Position numbers and translations under genes: made by a program
The notes under the pieces: generated by a model
Seen by the model: the letters and a program-made list of their open reading frames with translations, nothing else
Told to the model about the DNA's origin: nothing
Database searches by the model: none
NCBI GenBank assembly: GCA_049999805.1
Contig: JBNGIO010005907.1
Coordinates: 1-61,967, forward strand
DNA: 61,967 nucleotides
Direction: 5' to 3'
DNA from: Folioceros fuciformis
Taxonomy: Eukaryota
In this document: positions 56,412 through 61,967 of the stretch, piece by piece
Layout: every line of letters starts with the position of its first letter
Position numbering within the stretch: position 1 is the first letter of the stretch

Positions 56412-59400
56412 CATGAGACCCTCGTGAAACTGAAACAGAATTGGCCCAAGATCCTTTTTACAGGTTGCTTATGTTTAGGCGATTTCGGGATGAGATCCTT
56501 TTTACAAGTTGCTTGTGTTCCTTCTATTTCGGGATGGCACTGTTTGTACAGCGTTTTTGACCAGAGCTGTCGCTGAGACATGCTATGCCTTCTATTTTTG
56601 GATTGGGACTGCTTGTGAAAGCACTGCCACATTATTTCAAGGCCTAAGTATGGTTGATATAATCTGCTCTGCTACATTTGGCAAATAGTCGAACAACTAA
56701 GGCTAATGTGTCTATGCACTTATGTACACCCTTTCACAGTCTTGTGGCATTCTAGTTGTAGGACATACGGTAGGTAATTAAAGCTATGCTGAAACACATG
56801 TTCTCCTCTTGTGTAGGTATTGGTGCTCCGATGGACTTGAAGATTTTTTAGCAGCTACCATGCCTAGAAATGTTTGAATGAAGACTTGTTGTATGGCCAA
56901 TTTCATTGTAAAGCAATTGTTCATGTTTCTTGAAGTAGCTCAGATCATTCTTCACCAAGGAAAACATACAGATCGGGCTGTTGATGTTTGTCATAGTCCC
57001 TGTTATTATGGTCACCCCAAATTGTCAAGAGCCCCTTGGCTCTCAAAAGGCAAGAAGGACTAGGTAAAACATTGACTTTATTGCAAGGTTTCCGTCTCTG
57101 AAATTATGCACAGACATATTGCAATTGTGTATAAGAAGATGAGTCACTACATACATGGAGAGCACACCGAGGATGCTCATGATGATTACATGTAGCGAAA
57201 GGATGTCTTGAACATCAAACGATAGGTAGAAGCACATGAATGGAAGTTGCATTTTGATGATGCTCAGTCCTCTAACATGTGGTTGAAACTCCATCCTCAT
57301 ATTGTCTTCCATAGATCAGAACTGGATGAGCCTTTTGTTTTAGGGTTTCAAACTCCTTTTATGCGGCACATGTTGATCAAACATGGTAATAATAGTGTTT
57401 TAGTGATAGACGCGACATTCGGGTTGAATAAGTATAGGTATCATCTGTTCACTATCATGGTTTTTAATGACCACTTGAATGGTATTCCAATGGCATGGGC
57501 AGTAACCCAAGAAGCTACCATAATGTCTCTGGTGTCTTGGTTGGGGCCTCTCAAAAGGATTGCACTGAACACATGTTCTTTGTGGACGCTTAGTTGTTTT
57601 CTAATGGATGATTGTCTGGTAGAGATAGTTGCCTACAAACAGGTATGAGGGGTAAACACACATGTTGTTTTGTGCCTGTGGCATGTTAAAAAGGCATGGC
57701 AATGAAACCTTTTGAAGAAGGTTAAGTGTCCTATAGCAAGGAAGACGATATGAGCAACTCTTGCAGACATCATGTATGTTAGGGGTCACAAGACACAAGA
57801 TGAGACTGTAGCATGGGGCAAGGTGCTGTTGGAGTTTTTCTATAAGGAGAGGAGTGTTACTGAGCCAGGATTTGTTGACTACTTCTGGAAGCAGCGGGGA
57901 GACTCTATACGTAATATGTTGCAATGTTTAGGGTTAGTGTGAACTAGTTATATTGTTGCCTTTCGTCATTTTTGTTGACAAGGCTTGTTTTTGTTTCATA
58001 GAAATGTGGATGAAGAACTGTAGGGCATATCCTCATGTTGGGCAAGATACAACGTCTGCCTTGGAGGCTTTTCACCATGTTCTGAAAGAAAGAGTGTCAT
58101 TCACCAAAGCAGCATTGCCAGATAGGCGCAAGGAGTAGTTATTACATCAACTAGTGAACAAGATAGCCCGATATTATTGGTATCTTGATTTCACTAAGGC
58201 TGGAGGTTACAAGCCTAATTCAAAGTTGGAAAAGGTGTACAAAGATGTCGTTGGTGCAGCAAGCAGTATTGTAGACAAGGCTGTCATCTTTTCCACAACT
58301 GTTGGATCCACTGTTGCATATTGCATGTCATCTGATGACAATGATCACTTATATTGTATTAAAGCTGCACACTCTTCTTGGGCTTTTTGCTCATGTCGAA
58401 TGGGGCAGCGAGGTTTTCTATGCAAGCATGTCGTAAAGGTGCAACAGGTTTGTGGTATATTTGAAGAAACTTCTCAACTAGTACAGCTTTCTTGGTGTAC
58501 AATGGAGGATATGTTGTAGGGCAAGAGGGGGGATGTACTTTGCCCGACCTGAACTGCAATGCAATGAGTGATGAAGGCCAAGTATGCGACGGGCTAATGG
58601 ATAACGATCACGTGCTATGTAGTAATGAAGATGTGGCCACCCTTCATAGCAACCTGTCTAACTTGGCAAATTTGAGCATGAAACGACATCGGGGCTTGGA
58701 TGCCCTCTACATGAACATGCAGAGCATGGTTCAAGCCAATCCTGCTATCCTAGATGAGGCATATGCAATAATGAAGCATGCGCAAGGTCTCCTTATGCAG
58801 GTTTCAGCAAGGGTGGATGAAGCGTCAACCAACAAACCAGCCTTGGAAGAGATAGTTTCAAACAAAGGAATGAATAGGCTTATACGATTTAAAGGTATGG
58901 AAGAACGAGCACTACCCAAGAAGAAGAAAGAGACATGGAAACTATAGGTGTAGTTGTATGTTAGCCTGTTTTCGTTTCGTTTTGTTGGCCATGACCATGA
59001 AACTTGTGAGCAGTTCGCACCAGATGCCAAATCGTTGTCAGACTGGACAGCCCAAAACTTTTGATAGAAGATTTTGAACAGCCTAGATCACCTATTTCTT
59101 GCAAACATGCAGACAATCACACACATGTGTAAACAATCGAACCAACCATGTTGCCAACACAAGAATGAATCCCTCCTACCTACATCATAGCTATGATCAC
59201 ATGTAATATAGCAATCGCGTAAAATATTGCTGGAAGAGAGATGTGTCCAAGATGATTGCACCTCCAGCCATTCAACAAAGGCTATGAAGGAATAGGCAAA
59301 TCCAACGGAGCACTCAGCAAGAGTGAACAACACCACCCACCATTGAACTACAGGCTCTTGTAGGTGGAAGCATGCTCATGCAACCAGGTTGGTACATGGC

Positions 59401-60509
59401 CTTGCCTTGCCTTTCGTGGTTCACCTCCAACACCTCCAAAGATTTGCGATACCCCCCTCCTCCTCGGTTACGGTTAAAACCAACGGTAAGCTGCAACCCA
59501 GCCGATTACATTAGCTTCCACGACGTGAGAGCATGCGCATAAGGTGAGGTTGCGGTTGGAGTAACATAGCCCTGCAACTCCGTAGTCCTTCAGGCATGTC
59601 CAAGAACCCGATGACCACCATTCGTGCTCCTCCCCTTCTACACCGTGACGCCATTCGCGTGCAATAGAGCAAATATGGACATTGTCAACCTTTTGCTGAT
59701 ACATTGGGCTTCCTCAGGCCTTTGCAACTTCCACCTCCACACCCAAGACAAGTTCCCCACAGGCTACCAATTCGAGGCACTAGAATCAGGAACTGCAGCA
59801 ACAGCAACAACCCTTCCGCTCATGCTGGTCACGTTTCCACTCTAGCTTATGATTTCCTCCCCGTATGTCAATTTCCGGCCGAATCTCCTCACTGTAGAGT
59901 CATTTGACCTCTTCCTCCTCTCCTAGTAGCAGCAATAGCCCTCCCACTCTTGCTACTCATGTTCCCACTCCATCTTGTGATTTCCTTCCTGTACAGTGAT
60001 TTCCGGCTGACTCTCCTCAATGGAGAGTCACTTGACCTCCTCCTCCTCTCCCCGAGGTGCCAGCTATGCAGGAAGCACTCCCATTGGCATTCCACCTCGT
60101 CACTCCTCAAACTCCTCTGCTTTCAAACGCTCCACCCTCCACAGGTGCACCCTTGTTGTAACCTCCAGACCTCTCGGATTTGGACTTGCTGAAATGTGCC
60201 CTCACTGAGCTCTTGAGATCAGAGTGCGGAAGGGAAAGGAGGGGAGGGGAGCCTAGAGGGACGTAGTGGCCTCCCTAGTTTGCAACGCCTACAACAACTA
60301 GCCCTAGCGAGAAACATCAAACCCCGGGCTTTCTTTCTCCGTAACTTGCCCAGGGTGTCTGCCACGGCATTGCCCATACCTCAAAAGACAAGCGAGAAGC
60401 TCTGGCACCTCCTTGACTGCAATGTTGCGCACCTTCTAGCTCCGGCTCCTTGCTCCGAGGTCTCCTTGCCTTCCTCCTCAAATAACCGTGCACGGTTTCA
60501 CGAGTTGAA

Positions 60510-60545
60510 CATGGTTTCATGGCTTAGACTGGGAGGTGGCAAAAC
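60510..60545 (-). repeat. Right terminal inverted repeat
   Basis: Inverted copy of 48441-48476. Confidence 0.8.
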
Positions 60546-61029
60546 TAGGTGATACAAGTATAGGCAATCGCTGTATGTGAAATTCACAAGTTCTGCGGCT
60601 AACGGTTGTATTCTATGAAGCCCGTTTGGTGCATATTTGAATTTACACCATCCTAGTCACATATCCACATTTAAGCTCTTTTTAAAAAAAATCACTTGTT
60701 TTGACGTGTGGTGGACACCATCCATCTCCACAAATTTGCTTGTAGCCCACAACCAACTGGTACATAAGTTATTGAAACTATAAAAATTTCTAAAAAAAAC
60801 GAATCGTACTTCGAGTGCGCCGGTCTACCGGTGCACTCAACAGCATGTTTGGGTGACAAGAAGTTGGCTATCTGCATGCCACAAATTTAAAGAGTTTAAC
60901 AGTCGAATTTAAATATACGCATAATATACCATGGACTTCAGCTACTCTCCAAATCACCTCTACACCAAAATATGAACGTCTTGGTTGGCCTCGGAATCGA
61001 CAACTATATCCACATCTTTCAAGCATTGG

Positions 61030-61967
61030 CCCTATGTGTTCCCGAAGTCGTCTCCCTCCATGTCCAGGATAGGAAAATGTGGGTCGTCCACAGTCTGAGG
61101 CGAAAGTGTGCCATTCTCATCCCATATCGTCATCGCGCAAAGATCTTCCACTAGTCTGTAATCCGATTGAGAAAATATCTCTCCTTTTTCCCCTAGCAAA
61201 CTGAATACCTGCATATTACGATCCACGCTACCGTCCGCGCAGACTTCTTTGGCCCAAAACTTCGTGGGCCCGTGCAAGAAGTGCTATGTGCTGATCTCCT
61301 CATCAGCGTCTGTCAAAGACCCTATACTGTTCACTCGTTGCATAATATAAGTCGTGCATCGTATATAAATGNNNNNNNNNNGTTGCATAATATAAGTCGT
61401 GCATCGTATATAAATGTCCATTGCGACATTATGCCTTCCTCTTTGAAAGTCAAAGACCCTATACTGTTCACTCGTTGCATAATATAAGTCGTGCATCATA
61501 TATCAATGTCCATTGCGACAACATGCCTTCCTCTTTGAATCGCAACCCTGAAGGAATGACCCAGATCCTACACGTGCATCCACTACCCAGTCTTCTTCAG
61601 CCGAAAACACATTGACCAACATACCCATTAACCCAAGGGCCTTTTGATACGGCGAGACGACCATAGAGTCTCGTGAGTGGAACAGATGTTTCTTTACCAC
61701 AACTCCATGCCTTATAACTCTCGGCAAAAGAAATCCCTGATTTGCGAATAATGCCGCTTTTGTGGCCTGAGCTTTAGAGTGAATTGCACTTCCAACAGTT
61801 AAATATTCCACAGTCTCAACTACCTCTACATTGGGAAGAATGTTGGTCTTCTTCCCATTAGTTTCTATGAAAGTGGCTGGAGCGCGTCGGTAGACAAGCA
61901 CAAACAAAGACCCATTCCAAAGATAATGGCTACGGTGCACCGGTCTAACAACGCACCCCTTCCACAA
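61030..61967 (-). pseudogene. Bacterial-type amino (N4C/N6A) DNA methyltransferase-like C-terminal fragment; runs off the window edge
   Basis: SPYQKALGLMGMLVNVFSAEEDWVVDARVGSGSFL, then after a frameshift RVAIQRGRHVVAMDID. This follows the beta-class N6_N4_Mtase pattern 'P.QKP..L...L....S..GD.VLDPF.GSG....A...GR..IG.E'. Confidence 0.6.
61312..61539. repeat. ~92-bp tandem duplication spanning an N gap
   Basis: gtcaaagaccctatactgttcactcgttgcataatataagtcgtgcatc occurs at 61312 and 61449, with a partial copy at 61382. Confidence 0.8.

Larger units (their letters stand above)
49760..58947 (+). pseudogene. MULE-domain + SWIM zinc-finger transposase, disrupted by stops and interrupted by Copia in its first visible intron
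   Basis: Exon ...WSRMEDFVAGES...YV-R ends at 50005 and resumes at 56817 (R-YWCSDGLED). Then CMANFIVK...H...CH, MULE motif IDATFGLNKYRYHLFTIMV and SWIM motif CSCRMGQRGFLCKH. Confidence 0.8.
48441..60545. mobile_element. TIR-bounded DNA transposon (MULE/SWIM transposase) flanked by TA, with nested LINE fragment and Copia element
   Basis: Left TA-GTTTTGCCACCTCCTAGTCTAAGC and right GCTTAGACTGGGAGGTGGCAAAAC-TA form an inverted pair with 1 mismatch in 24 bp, extending imperfectly to ~35 bp. They enclose the transposase remnants. Confidence 0.7.

Noticed and set aside
56410-56413. Canonical CA end for the 3' LTR (..gctaCA)
   Set aside because: The CA is absent from the 5' LTR and belongs to the CATGA target-site duplication.
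61312-61539. CRISPR-like array
   Set aside because: Contiguous ~92-bp duplicates without unique spacers, in a eukaryotic context. It spans an N gap and may be partly an assembly artefact.

Overview
Gene-dense nuclear DNA from a seed-free land plant. Short introns, very small intergenic spacers, flagellar genes and DYW:KP-type PPR genes point most likely to a hornwort, although the taxon is inferred. Positions 1-3.4 kb hold TE debris and a CT-rich satellite. Next come an intronless TPR-SET gene and a UTP6 pseudogene, then an alternating-orientation cluster of five PLS-class PPR RNA-editing-factor genes (8.7-23.8 kb). Three carry U-to-C-type DYW:KP deaminase domains and two are deaminase-less E+ genes with 'long-L' motifs. 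The middle holds a small HSP, SLP1 phosphatase, a giant coiled-coil gene ending in a catalytically dead M48 peptidase domain, TGD4, PFC1/KsgA, TTLL9, an ARM-repeat gene, Rubisco activase and HRD3/SEL1L. From 48.4 kb a ~12.1-kb TIR-bounded, TA-flanked MULE/SWIM-type DNA element contains a degenerate RLE-type LINE and, inside its transposase intron, a Copia element with non-canonical TG..TA LTRs. The window ends in a degenerate bacterial-type N4C/N6A DNA-methyltransferase-like ORF. Exon structures and homologies were read by eye and recalled from family motifs; no searches were run.
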